Of a stretch of 64,000 nt of DNA, positions 19,650 to 29,220 are shown piece after piece (within the stretch, counting starts at the first letter, position 1; each line of letters starts with the position of its first letter). The stretch lies in assembly GCA_040218735.1 (NCBI GenBank), contig JAVJQW010000021.1, forward strand, positions 27,629 through 91,628, written 5' to 3'. This stretch comes from Deltaproteobacteria bacterium. Lineage in GTDB: Bacteria; Myxococcota; Kuafuiibacteriia; Kuafuiibacteriales; Kuafuiibacteriaceae. The notes beneath the pieces were generated by a model, which worked only from the letters and a program-made list of their open reading frames with translations, had not been told where the DNA came from and did not search any database. The position numbers and the translations under genes were made by a program.

Positions 19650-20162
19650 CTAACGCCGTTGAATTTTCTCCGCGCGACGCCGCGCCGCCTGAATCGTGGC
19701 GCTCAGGGACGGATCCACGACGGCGTCGAGCTGGGACCGCGCCTCGGCGGTGTCCACGCGGACGAGGGCGTCCACCGCGGAGAGCGCCAGCTCGCGGTCG
19801 GTCTGGTGCATCAGCGGCGTGAGGATGCTCGGCGCCTCCTCGGGGAACGCGCGGGCGACGGCGAACGTGACGTGGTGCATCACGTGTTCGTCGCGGCGCG
19901 CGAGGAGGGTCCGGTACGTCGCTTCGACTTCGGCGTCGGGCCACGCCGCGAGGACGGCGATCGCGCGCTTCCTCAGCGGCGGGAACATCCGGGCGTCGAG
20001 GGCGATCGCGACGAGGCGGGGTTTGGGCGCTTCGACGTGACGTTCGATCTGCGCGCGCGTCGGGGCGTCGTGGTGCGCGAGGAGCAGGCGCGACAACGTG
20101 GAGTCGTCGTCCGCGAGCGCCGTCGCCGGGAACAGGAGGGTCAGGAGGAGGAGCTTCTTCAT
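19650..20162 (-). CDS. Small secreted HEAT-repeat-like protein
   Basis: MKKLLLLTLLFPATALA signal peptide; 170 aa. Confidence 0.45.
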   Translation of the reverse strand: MKKLLLLTLLFPATALADDDSTLSRLLLAHHDAPTRAQIERHVEAPKPRLVAIALDARMFPPLRKRAIAVLAAWPDAEVEATYRTLLARRDEHVMHHVTFAVARAFPEEAPSILTPLMHQTDRELALSAVDALVRVDTAEARSQLDAVVDPSLSATIQAARRRAEKIQRR

Positions 20163-20167
20163 CACGT

Positions 20168-21994
20168 TCACTCCGTCGTCACCGGGTTGGCGCCGATGAC
20201 GTAGCCCTGTCCGGCGGTGAGGGCGTCGTTGTCCGGGCTGGCGAACGGGAACATGAGGTTCCCGAGGTCCGGGCAGTTGTCCGGGAACTGCCCGGCGCTG
20301 CACTGCGGCGTGTCGGGGATCATGTCGGGCGCGCCGGACTGCTCGGTGGTGTGGTCGAGCCCGAGGAAGTGGCCGACTTCGTGCGCGAGGATCGTCGCGG
20401 AGATCTCGTTGCCTTGAACGACCTCGCCGTTGGGGCCCATGAACACCTGGCCGAGGTAGGCGCCCTCCATGACGACGCCGGCGCCGCGCACGCCGTGGAG
20501 CGCGGTGACGCCGGGCGCCCCGGGAGACACGCCGATCGCGTTGCTGTCCGGGACGCGGAACTCCTGGACGATGAAGATGTTGAGCGAGAACCGGTCGCCG
20601 AGGTTCGGACCCGGGTTCTGGGTCGTGAGGCCGAGCTGATAGATCTGCTCGAAGTTGCGGATGATGCGGTTCGCCGACGAGACACCCGGCGGTGAATCGA
20701 AGTGCCGAACGGTGGCGAGCGAGATGCCCCCCGTGGCGAAGATCGTCCCGATCTTCGTGAGCATCGCGTTGATGTCCGGGTTGTTCGGCGCGGTCGCCGC
20801 CGAGTAGCCCGCCACACCGGTGTAGTAGATGTTGATGTCGAGCAGGTTCCCCGGCGCGACCTCCGTGAAGAGGTAGTAACAGGCGTCCTGCGAGGCGGTC
20901 TCGATCTCGAGCGTGTAGTCTCCGGCGATCACGCGGTCGGCGTGCAGCGGCGTCAGCGGCACGTGGAGCGGCGCGACGTTGATCAACCGCCGCGCCGTCT
21001 CGGCGTAGCGGAAGTCCGCGCCATCGAGGTCCCAGGTCTGCGGCCCCGTGACCTGTCGCGGGAGGAGGTAACGACCGTCGCGTGCGACCGCGGTGATCGC
21101 GAACGAGGTCGTGTTGGGGGGGAGCGTGAACGGGATCGACAGCGCGCCGTTGGTCGACGCGAGGCCGCACGTCAGGTCGAACGGGTAGGACGCTGGGGCG
21201 TCGAGCGGCGGGGCGTCGGCGTTGTCGGGGATGCAGACGCCGATGCCGGGCGTGAGCAGCACACACGCGTAACCCGCGCGGCAGTCGCTGCGATCGCCAC
21301 ACGTCAGCGTGCACATCGAGCTCAGCGTGACGCCCGGCGTCTCGGCGAGCGGCGGGATGCACTCGGAGCTCGGGCTGTCGTTGCACCCCACGTTCTCGCA
21401 GTTTCGTCGGGTGCAGTAGCCGTCGGGCCAACCCGGGTGCCGCAGGCACAGGCCGCCGCGACACTCGTTGTTCGCCGTGCACGCCGCGCCCGTCGGCCGA
21501 TCGAGCGGCGGAGGTTCTTCGAGATCCGGGACGCAGACGTCCACGCCGTTTTCGGCTTCGACGCAGGCGTAGCCGGCTCGGCAAGTCGGGTTGCAGGCGC
21601 CCGCGCAGAAGCGGAGGTTGTCGAACTGAAGGCAGGCCCCCTCGGGGCGCGTGCACTCGGCGTCGCTCGCGCAGTTGATCTGGGTGCAGTAGCCGCCGGG
21701 GAACTCACCGCGACGCACGCAGTAGCCGCCGGAACACTCGTCGCTTCGGATGCAGGGGTCGCCGTCGATCTTGCCCATCGGAGGAGGAGGCGGCGGCGGA
21801 GGAGGGGGTGGCGGCGGCGGTGGTGGTGTATCCGGGCCGGCGTCGCGCGGCACGATGATCGGCCCACCGTCGCGCGCGGCGACGCCGCCGTCGAACGCGG
21901 TCCTCGGCGGCTGCAGCAGATCTCCGACCGGAGCGGTGTTGTTGCAGGCGACGAGCGCGCCCATCGTGGCGAGCGCCACCGTGATCCTCGACCT
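20168..21994 (-). CDS. Secreted metzincin-type zinc metalloprotease lipoprotein with Cys-rich repeats and a poly-Pro linker
   Basis: HEVGHFLGLDH (HExxHxxGxxH); P19 linker; repeated Cys-rich modules. Probable start at MRSRITVALATMGALVAC. Confidence 0.65.
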   Translation of the reverse strand, partial: RSRITVALATMGALVACNNTAPVGDLLQPPRTAFDGGVAARDGGPIIVPRDAGPDTPPPPPPPPPPPPPPPPMGKIDGDPCIRSDECSGGYCVRRGEFPGGYCTQINCASDAECTRPEGACLQFDNLRFCAGACNPTCRAGYACVEAENGVDVCVPDLEEPPPLDRPTGAACTANNECRGGLCLRHPGWPDGYCTRRNCENVGCNDSPSSECIPPLAETPGVTLSSMCTLTCGDRSDCRAGYACVLLTPGIGVCIPDNADAPPLDAPASYPFDLTCGLASTNGALSIPFTLPPNTTSFAITAVARDGRYLLPRQVTGPQTWDLDGADFRYAETARRLINVAPLHVPLTPLHADRVIAGDYTLEIETASQDACYYLFTEVAPGNLLDINIYYTGVAGYSAATAPNNPDINAMLTKIGTIFATGGISLATVRHFDSPPGVSSANRIIRNFEQIYQLGLTTQNPGPNLGDRFSLNIFIVQEFRVPDSNAIGVSPGAPGVTALHGVRGAGVVMEGAYLGQVFMGPNGEVVQGNEISATILAHEVGHFLGLDHTTEQSGAPDMIPDTPQCSAGQFPDNCPDLGNLMFPFASPDNDALTAGQGYVIGANPVTTE

Positions 21995-22074
21995 CATTGT
22001 CCGTACGTGCTCCCCCGACCCCGCGCACCTATACTGCACGACGCCCTCGGTGGGTGTAGTCTCCACGATACATC

Positions 22075-22905
22075 GTGACGGCCGCCAACCTCGACGATGA
22101 TACGCGCGCCGTGCGCCAGGCGGACGGGCGCTATGCGCTCGAACTCCCCCGATCCTGGAACTTCCTGACGCCATCCGGCGGTGTGCTCCTCGGCGTCGTG
22201 CTCCGCGCGATGGACGACGCGCTCGCCGAGCCGGCGCAGGAGGTGGTCTCTGCGACGGCGATCTTCACTGAGCCGATCCGCGAGGGACCGCTGGTCATCG
22301 ACGTCGACGTGCTGCGTCGTGGGGGCGCGGCCTCGCAGATCGAAGCCACGCTCGCGAACGAGGGGAAGCGGGGCATGAAGGTCGTCGCGACGTTCGCGCG
22401 GGAGCGCGAGGGCGTGGACGTGACGGGGCGCAACATGCCGAGCGTCCCCGCGCCGGACGCTGCGCGCCCCGCGCCGGTGCGCACGGTGTCGCTGCCGTTC
22501 TTCGAGAACTTCGAGGACCGGATCGCGCTCGGCCACCTCTGGCGGGAGCCGGGCTGGGACGCAAACGACGCCGTCTTCGCGCGGTGGATGCGTTACCTCC
22601 AGCCGCCGCGGCACGCCGACGGCTCGCTCCCCGAGTACGCGCTCCCCGGGATGGCCGACTTGATGCCGCCCGCGTTGCTGCAGGCGCTGGGGCCCGACAC
22701 CCCGCGTTTTCACGCGCCCAGCCTGGACCTGACGATGCACTTCTTCGCGCGGCCGCGGACGGAGTGGGTGCTCCTGTACGTGCGCGCGCTCCGGGCGACG
22801 AAGGGCACGGCGTCGTGCAGCGTGGAGCTGTGGGACGAAGAGGGCCGCCTCCTCGCGTACGCCACGCAGGTGATGATGCTGCGTCGCTGGCCTGGTCGAT
22901 CCTGA
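22075..22905 (+). CDS. Acyl-CoA thioesterase II-like (double hot-dog) protein
   Basis: Length and motif pattern of the TesB-like family. Confidence 0.6.
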   Translation: MTAANLDDDTRAVRQADGRYALELPRSWNFLTPSGGVLLGVVLRAMDDALAEPAQEVVSATAIFTEPIREGPLVIDVDVLRRGGAASQIEATLANEGKRGMKVVATFAREREGVDVTGRNMPSVPAPDAARPAPVRTVSLPFFENFEDRIALGHLWREPGWDANDAVFARWMRYLQPPRHADGSLPEYALPGMADLMPPALLQALGPDTPRFHAPSLDLTMHFFARPRTEWVLLYVRALRATKGTASCSVELWDEEGRLLAYATQVMMLRRWPGRS

Positions 22906-22959
22906 GACACCGCTGGGCGTTCCCCTTCAGTTCAGGGCCCCCCGGCCGTTCTTCACGAC

Positions 22960-23559
22960 TTGATGAGGTACTTCATCGGGGCCGTCGTGGCCGTGTCGTT
23001 CGTGGCTTGTGGGGGCGAGATGTCCGCTGAGGATCTCCCCGAGCCGGCTTTCCATCACGTCGAGGCGTTCGCGACCGAGCGCTACCTGCGTGACGATCAG
23101 ATCGTGCAGGGAGCGATGACGTCGGAGCAGAAGGCGCTGGCGAACCAGCTCCTCGGTCTCGACAAGAAACCCGAGCCGGTCGAGCGCGCGCCCGCGCCGA
23201 AGCCGGTGCGTCGTCGTCGCCCCGCGGTGTACGCGGACGCGCAGGACGACTGGGTGGAAGACCTCGAGCCGGAGCCCGGCGTGTTGTCCGACTTCGAGTT
23301 CCAGGACGCGATTCAGGCGTGGACCGGGATGCGTCGGTGCCTCGCCGAGGCGACGAACCGCGGCGGCGAACGAAGCGGCGCGATCCGCGTGTCGTTCAAG
23401 ATCGACGGCACCGGCACGGTGCGGGCGAGCAAGGTCGTGGATACGAGCAACGCAGTCGCGGCTTCGATCGCACCGTGTGTCGAGCGCCGTGCGCGCCGCA
23501 TTCAGTTCCCTGCGTTCGGCGGGGAGACCATGACGAAGGAAGCGAAGTTCGTCTTCTGA
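22960..23559 (+). CDS. Lipoprotein with an AgmX/PglI (TonB-C-like) C-terminal domain
   Basis: Signal/lipobox VSFVACGG. C-terminal domain resembles the ends of 17301-19616 and the TonB-dependent receptor. Confidence 0.5.
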   Translation: MMRYFIGAVVAVSFVACGGEMSAEDLPEPAFHHVEAFATERYLRDDQIVQGAMTSEQKALANQLLGLDKKPEPVERAPAPKPVRRRRPAVYADAQDDWVEDLEPEPGVLSDFEFQDAIQAWTGMRRCLAEATNRGGERSGAIRVSFKIDGTGTVRASKVVDTSNAVAASIAPCVERRARRIQFPAFGGETMTKEAKFVF

Positions 23560-23566
23560 TTTCGCA

Positions 23567-23628
23567 GAAATTGATTCGAAACTACGTCGGAGTTTCGGTG
23601 GAAATAATCCGAGATTTCGAAATCAATT
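23567..23628. promoter_or_regulatory. AT-rich nested palindrome (outer GAAATTGATTCGAAA / TTTCGAAATCAATT, inner CGAAACT-N7-AGTTTCG); terminator or operator candidate
   Basis: Low-GC island 8 nt after the stop of 22960-23559; perfect inner 7-bp stem. Confidence 0.4.
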
Positions 23629-25077
23629 AGACGGGTGCGCCGCGCCCTGGCCGGTCGGCCGGGTGGGGCCCCCGCGCTCTCGCGCTCGTCCAAGAGGGGC
23701 TCCGCGCGGACAGGGGCGTCTGACGGCCTTCGTCGTTCACAGGCCTGAAACACGGGCTGTTAAGTCTGGATCGCCCGCAATGACGATACGTTAGGCGGAC
23801 CGACGCGCCGTCCCTCCACAGGTCACTCACAGGGCGGGGACGATGTACGACCTTCGTCGGCTCACAATCCACGCACCGTTCACCCACAGAATATTCACAG
23901 CCCGGCTCACAGGTTTCGTGGCGAAAAAAGAAAAAAAGCGAAAAAAGATCGCGAAAAGGGGTTGCAAAGGCAGCGGCCCGGTGAGAGTAATCATCGTGCG
24001 TCTGGCGCACGGCAGTGAGGCTGCTGAGCAAAGGAACGCGCAGGGGGCCTAACCCAAATCGAGGACTTCGGTTCGCGAGGAAGGAAGGCCCAAAAGTTTC
24101 GAGCGGGCTGACCCGGGCAGAGATGTCGAGAGGTCAGGGTGGCCGTCGGGAAGACGCTGAAGACGGTCGAAGCGGACCAGCGCGCAAGCGAAGATCCGCA
24201 GAGGCAACGTCATGAGCGGAGCCCCGCAGGGAACTGCAGGGCACGGTGGTGGCTAGCGCCCGGAGGGAACAAAAACCCGAGGAGGGGAGCGAGCTGCGAG
24301 GCGGGTAACACCAAGCCGCAGGCAACGCGACCTCGTGTGGAGCAAAGCCTCGAAGTCGAGGCACGCCCGAGTGGCAGCCGGTTTCGGCCGGTGATCTCGG
24401 ACGCGCTGAACGGCAAGGGGGCAACTCTTCCCGATGAGGGGAGAAAGGCTGCACGGGGGGAGAAGCCCCTGAACGGCAGACAACCCTGTACGTGGCAGTG
24501 GGGTGGAACAAACCCACGAGCCGCACCGCGGAGCAAACCGTCGAGGGGCTGAGAAAGCCCGAGGGCGGAACGTAGCGAGCGCTTGGGATGTGCTCGTAGT
24601 GAGTGGACGCGGAGCGGTCAGGTCGCGAAGAGGGACGAAACCCCAGGTAGGCCAGCTCCTCGCCGAAAGGCAGGGGGCAGGTTCGGAAGCAAAGGTACTC
24701 TGAGGAGGAGGGCCTAGCGAACGAGGTGAAGCTCCGACAAGCGCTTCGGAGCGGACCGTCGGTGGACATACGAAGCCGTCGCGCACGGAAACAGGCGCAG
24801 CGTCTTCGAGTCGTGACGAACCCAATACGTCACACAGCCACCGGCATAGAGCCTCGTCCATGCAGGCCCAACCTCGAGAGAGGCAGACGACTCGACCATG
24901 GCAACGAGTCGTAGGCAGCAACCGAACCTGGAGTCTACGGAGGGGACTGCGCGTTGCTCAGTTGTCGATCGGTCGAGCGTCAGGCGCTCCTTTTGTTTCT
25001 GCGCTCCCCCGTTCTAGTCTCGGGGTCGATGGCGCCACCCCCCACAACCGAGTGCTCGCGCTGAGGGCCATGCGTTC

Positions 25078-27723
25078 GTGGATCGTGTCCTCGAAGGGCT
25101 CGCACGCCTCGTCACGCGCTACCCGCAGCGCGTCGTCCTCGTCCTCGCGATCCTGACGCTCCCCGTCGCGTTCGTCGCCTCGTCCCTTCAGGTCTCGACG
25201 TCGCGCACCGCGCTCGTCAGCGAGGACGAGCCGCACTGGAAGCGCTACATGGCGTTCGCCCGGGAGTTCGGCATCCCGGAGGACCTGGTGCTGGTCGCCA
25301 AGTCGGACGACCCGGCCGCCATCCACGCCTTCCTCGACGACGTCGCCGGTCAGCTCGGCGGTGACGAACGTGTCGCCGCCGTCTTCCACCGCGTGGACCT
25401 CGCCGCCCTCGAAGCGCGCGCCCCGCTGTTCCTCGACGAAGCCGCGCTCGCGCAGGTCGCGGCGGTCGCCGACCGCCCCGCGCTCGGTGCGCTGTGGAAG
25501 GCGCAGGGTCCGGGGCCTCGGCTCACCGCGCTGGCCGATCTGCTCGAGACGGTGCCCGAGGTGGTCGGACCGTCGGTCACGGAGGCCGACACGGCGCTGC
25601 TCGCTCGGATGCTGGAGGGCCTCACCCTGGAGCTCGCGCGGTTTTCGGAGGGGGGCGCGGCGCCGATGCGTCCGCCGATCGATCCGGCCGCGGTCGCCGA
25701 TGGGCGGGCCCGGGGCATCGACGAGCAGGGGTATTTGAGCGCGCGAAACGGGCGAATCGGGATCATGTTCGTACGCCCGACGTACACCCGCGACGAAATC
25801 GAAGTCGTCGAACCGTTCGTGCAGGCGGTACGCGATGCAGGACAGCTTGCAGCCTCGCGGAACGCGGGGGTGTGGTTCGGGCTCACCGGGATCCCGGCGT
25901 CGCAGATCGACGAGCTGCACACCATCGCGAAGGACACCCTCCTCACGACCGCCGTCGCGCTCGTCGGCGTGGTGCTGTTGTTCCTGCTCTACTTCCCCGC
26001 GTTCCGTCTGCTCGGCTTTGCGCTGATCCCCGTCGGGTTCGGAGTGGTGTGGACGGCGGCGGCGATACGCCTGTCGTTTGGCTACGTGAACCTGATGTCG
26101 TCGATCTTCCTCGTGGTCCTGATCGGGATGGGGATCGACTTCTCGGTACACATCGTCTCGCGGTTCCTCGAAGAGCGCCGACGCGGCGCGTCCCCCGCCG
26201 AGGCCGCGGAGCGCTCCGTCGCACGCGCGGGGCGCGGCGTCGTCACGGGCGCGACGACCTCCGCCGGAGCCTTCCTCGCGGTGGGCTGGTCCGGGTTCCG
26301 CGGCATCGAGGAGCTCGGCATCGCCGCCTCGGTCGGGCTGATCCTCACGCTCGTCTTCGCGGTCACCGCGCTGCCGGCGGTGCTCGCGTGGGGCGGCGAG
26401 GGCATCGACGTCACCAAACGCCGCCGCCTCTCCGTCGCGCCGCTCGTCGACCGAGTGTTGGAGCGGAGCGGGTGGGTCGTCGTCACGGCGGGGATCGTCA
26501 CGCTGCCCTGCCTGATGTGGGCGAGCCGCACCCCGTTCGACTTCAGCCTCCTGAACATGCTCCCGAAGGACGCCGAGAGCGCCCTGTTGATGGCGGAGAT
26601 GATCGAGGAGCGCGACCTCTCGGCGGACGCGGTCGCGCTCGTGACGAGCGACTTGGAGTCGGCGCGGGAGGTCGAGGGCCGGCTCCGGTCGCTCGACACC
26701 GTGTACAGCGTCGTCAGCGCCGCGACGTTCATCCCGCCGAACCAACCCTCGAAGCTGGCTCGCCTGCGGACGATCACCGCCACCCTCGCGGCGACGCGCG
26801 CCGCAGCCACCGCTCCGGAGGGCAATGTGGAGGACGCGCTCGATCGGTTGGAGTCGGTGCTCGAACACTTCTCGGAGCTCGCGTTCGCGCGTGATCACAA
26901 GGACGCGGTGAACCGCCTCGGCGCGAGCCTCGACGCGCTCGACCGCGTTCGTTCGCGCCTCGACGCGGCGCCCGAGGCGACGAAGCAGCACCTCGACGCA
27001 TTCGACGCCGAGGTCGCGCGGCTCCTCACGCGCGCAGGCGAGCAGCTCGAGACGACGCTCCGCGCCGGGCCGCTCACGAGCGCCGACCTCCCCGAGGACC
27101 TGCGCGCACGCTTCGTCAGCGACCAGGGGCGCTACGCGGTGTACGCCGTTCCGAAGGCGAGCATCTGGGATCGGCCCGCGCTCGGGCGGTTCCTCGAAGA
27201 GGTGCGCGCGATCGACGCCGATGCGACCGGGTTCCCGGAGACGTTCTACGAAAACGCCGAGCGCATCCGGCAAGGTTTCTTGCGCGCGGCGCTGTACGCC
27301 GCGATCGCCGTGGTGTTGCTGCTCGGGCTCGACCTCTCGAAACCTTCGCACGTGGCCTCCGCGATGATCCCCGTCGGCCTCGGCGCGGTGTGGATGCTCG
27401 GCGCGATGCACCTGATCGATCTGCCGTACAACCTCGCGAACATCGTCGGGTTGCCGTTGGTGATCGGCGTGGGGATCGACAACGGCGTGCACATCCTCCA
27501 CCGCTTCCGGGAATCGGAGAGTGTGCGGCTCGCCGCCGTCGAGACCGGGAGCGCCGTCGTGTTGTCTTCGCTGACCACGATGGTCGGATTCGGCTCGCTC
27601 GCGCTCGCTTCACACCGCGGCTACTCGAGCCTGGGGCAGATCCTCTTCATCGGCGTGGGCGCGTGTCTCGTCGCGACGCTCACCGTGTTGCTCGCGACGC
27701 TCGCACCGAAGAGGCGACGATGA
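25078..27723 (+). CDS. MMPL/RND-superfamily exporter (HpnN-like)
   Basis: Two 6-TM bundles, each followed by a large periplasmic loop; 881 aa. Confidence 0.85.
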   Translation: MDRVLEGLARLVTRYPQRVVLVLAILTLPVAFVASSLQVSTSRTALVSEDEPHWKRYMAFAREFGIPEDLVLVAKSDDPAAIHAFLDDVAGQLGGDERVAAVFHRVDLAALEARAPLFLDEAALAQVAAVADRPALGALWKAQGPGPRLTALADLLETVPEVVGPSVTEADTALLARMLEGLTLELARFSEGGAAPMRPPIDPAAVADGRARGIDEQGYLSARNGRIGIMFVRPTYTRDEIEVVEPFVQAVRDAGQLAASRNAGVWFGLTGIPASQIDELHTIAKDTLLTTAVALVGVVLLFLLYFPAFRLLGFALIPVGFGVVWTAAAIRLSFGYVNLMSSIFLVVLIGMGIDFSVHIVSRFLEERRRGASPAEAAERSVARAGRGVVTGATTSAGAFLAVGWSGFRGIEELGIAASVGLILTLVFAVTALPAVLAWGGEGIDVTKRRRLSVAPLVDRVLERSGWVVVTAGIVTLPCLMWASRTPFDFSLLNMLPKDAESALLMAEMIEERDLSADAVALVTSDLESAREVEGRLRSLDTVYSVVSAATFIPPNQPSKLARLRTITATLAATRAAATAPEGNVEDALDRLESVLEHFSELAFARDHKDAVNRLGASLDALDRVRSRLDAAPEATKQHLDAFDAEVARLLTRAGEQLETTLRAGPLTSADLPEDLRARFVSDQGRYAVYAVPKASIWDRPALGRFLEEVRAIDADATGFPETFYENAERIRQGFLRAALYAAIAVVLLLGLDLSKPSHVASAMIPVGLGAVWMLGAMHLIDLPYNLANIVGLPLVIGVGIDNGVHILHRFRESESVRLAAVETGSAVVLSSLTTMVGFGSLALASHRGYSSLGQILFIGVGACLVATLTVLLATLAPKRRR

Positions 27724-28538
27724 AGCGCTGGGCGCTGTGTCTGCTCCTGTCGGCGTGCACGACCTACCGCGCGCAGACCTTTCACGCCGAAGCGGACGGG
27801 ACGCTCCCCGACGACGTCGAAGCGCTGCTCGCGATGAGCGACGAGGCGGCGCGCTGGGGGCCGGCCGGCCCTGACCTCCAACAATCGCGCGCCGCCGCGG
27901 AGCACGCGCTCACGCTGGAGCCCGAAAACGGCGAAGCCGCGTGGCGCGTCGCGCGCGCGCTGTTCCACCTCGCGCAGGCCACGGACGACGCTGCCCTCGC
28001 GGGGCGATGCATCGACGTCGCCGAGCTCGCGACCAAGCAGGTCCCGGACGCCGCGATCGCGCACTACTACGCGTCACTCTGTATGGGAGCGCGCGCCGAG
28101 GCGAAGACGGTCGAGGGGCTCGACCTCGTGGAGCGTATGCTCGACGAAGGCAAACGCGCGCTCGCGCTCGACCCGACGGTCCTGCACGGAGGACCGCACC
28201 GCCTCCTCGGCGGCATCTACCTGCGCGCGCCCGCGTGGCCGGCGTCGGTGGGCGACCTCGACGCCGCGCTCGAACACCTGGAGGCCGCGATCGCCATCGC
28301 ACCCGACTGGGCCGAAAACCACCTGCTCCTCGCCGAGGCCCTCCACGCCGACGACCGCGATGACGAGGCGCGCGCCGCGGTCGAGCGCGCGCGGACGCTG
28401 ATGGTGGACCCTGCGTCCGAAGGGTGGCGCGACGCTTGGGCCGAAGATCTGCGGCGCTTGGAGGCCCGGATGGGTACGTCTGCGATTCGCGACCGGCTGT
28501 TGGGTGAACAGGGAGACAGAGAGGACAGAGAGATCTGA
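27720..28538 (+). CDS. TPR-like lipoprotein
   Basis: ATG overlaps the MMPL stop (ATGA); LLLSACTT lipobox. Confidence 0.55.
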   Translation: MKRWALCLLLSACTTYRAQTFHAEADGTLPDDVEALLAMSDEAARWGPAGPDLQQSRAAAEHALTLEPENGEAAWRVARALFHLAQATDDAALAGRCIDVAELATKQVPDAAIAHYYASLCMGARAEAKTVEGLDLVERMLDEGKRALALDPTVLHGGPHRLLGGIYLRAPAWPASVGDLDAALEHLEAAIAIAPDWAENHLLLAEALHADDRDDEARAAVERARTLMVDPASEGWRDAWAEDLRRLEARMGTSAIRDRLLGEQGDREDREI

Positions 28539-28643
28539 TTTCTTTCTTGGGTTCTGAAGAGTTTCTGGACGGTGGGCTTGGCTTCGGCACCTCCCAAACT
28601 CACCGTCTCTTTGTGAATTTTTCTGACCGTGGAACCGCCGCGG

Positions 28644-29198
28644 TCACCCGAAGCAGATTCGCCGGCAGAACTCTTCCTGGTCGCCCTCGGGGCACCGCGG
28701 CACGAACTCCAGCGTGTCGATGATCGGCTCCGGGTCGTCCTCGTCGGCGGCCGCCTCGACCTCGAGGATCAACCGCTCCTCCGCGACCTGCACGCCGATG
28801 GGCGACGGGCACAGGAACACCGGGATGCTGTTTTCGGTGTCGTACATGCCTTCCGCGTCCGGCGCGGGCATCAGCGTCGTGGTGTGCGTCGAGCGCGAGA
28901 CGAGGGTGCCGGCATCGGTGCGGCGCGCGAAGCGGCGGATGAGCGGCTTTTCCTCCGCGCCGAACTTGTCGAGCGAGGCCTCGGTGAAACGCAGGTTCAC
29001 GTAGACGTGAAAGCCACCTTGCGCGCCGGGTTGGAGGACGAGGTCGACGCCGTCGTCGACGGCGATGAAGCCCGCGGAGCCGTCTTCTTCGCCGGCGCCG
29101 ACGATGAGGGCGCCGCTGCCGGGGGGCGGGGGATCGGGAGGCTCGGTGCCCGAGCAGGCGAGGGCGAGCAGCACGAACGCGATGGGCGCGTGTCGCAT
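28644..29198 (-). CDS. Hypothetical lipoprotein
   Basis: MRHAPIAFVLLALACSG; the upstream part of the 326-aa ORF is low-complexity artefact. Confidence 0.45.
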   Translation of the reverse strand: MRHAPIAFVLLALACSGTEPPDPPPPGSGALIVGAGEEDGSAGFIAVDDGVDLVLQPGAQGGFHVYVNLRFTEASLDKFGAEEKPLIRRFARRTDAGTLVSRSTHTTTLMPAPDAEGMYDTENSIPVFLCPSPIGVQVAEERLILEVEAAADEDDPEPIIDTLEFVPRCPEGDQEEFCRRICFG

Positions 29199-29220
29199 CA
29201 CCCTCACCTTACCGGTGAAA

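Noticed and set aside
17010-20204. 1064-aa + strand ORF
   Set aside because: Antisense to the VIT/vWA gene; Arg/Gly/Ala-rich artefact.
19650-21656. 668-aa - strand ORF
   Set aside because: Out-of-frame overlap with the metzincin gene; only 19650-20162 is plausible.
24134-24921. ORFs of 211, 222 and 108 aa on the - strand and 137 aa on the + strand within the non-coding island
   Set aside because: Pro/Ser/Arg-rich low-complexity translations produced by the purine/pyrimidine skew; no start context.
24050-24950. RNase P RNA (weak resemblance: AGGAAGG.CCC, GGAGCAAA.., ACAGCCACCGGCAUA)
   Set aside because: The invariant P4/CR-I (GGAAAGUCCGGGCUCC) and CR-II/III/V blocks are absent, and the region is more than twice the expected length.
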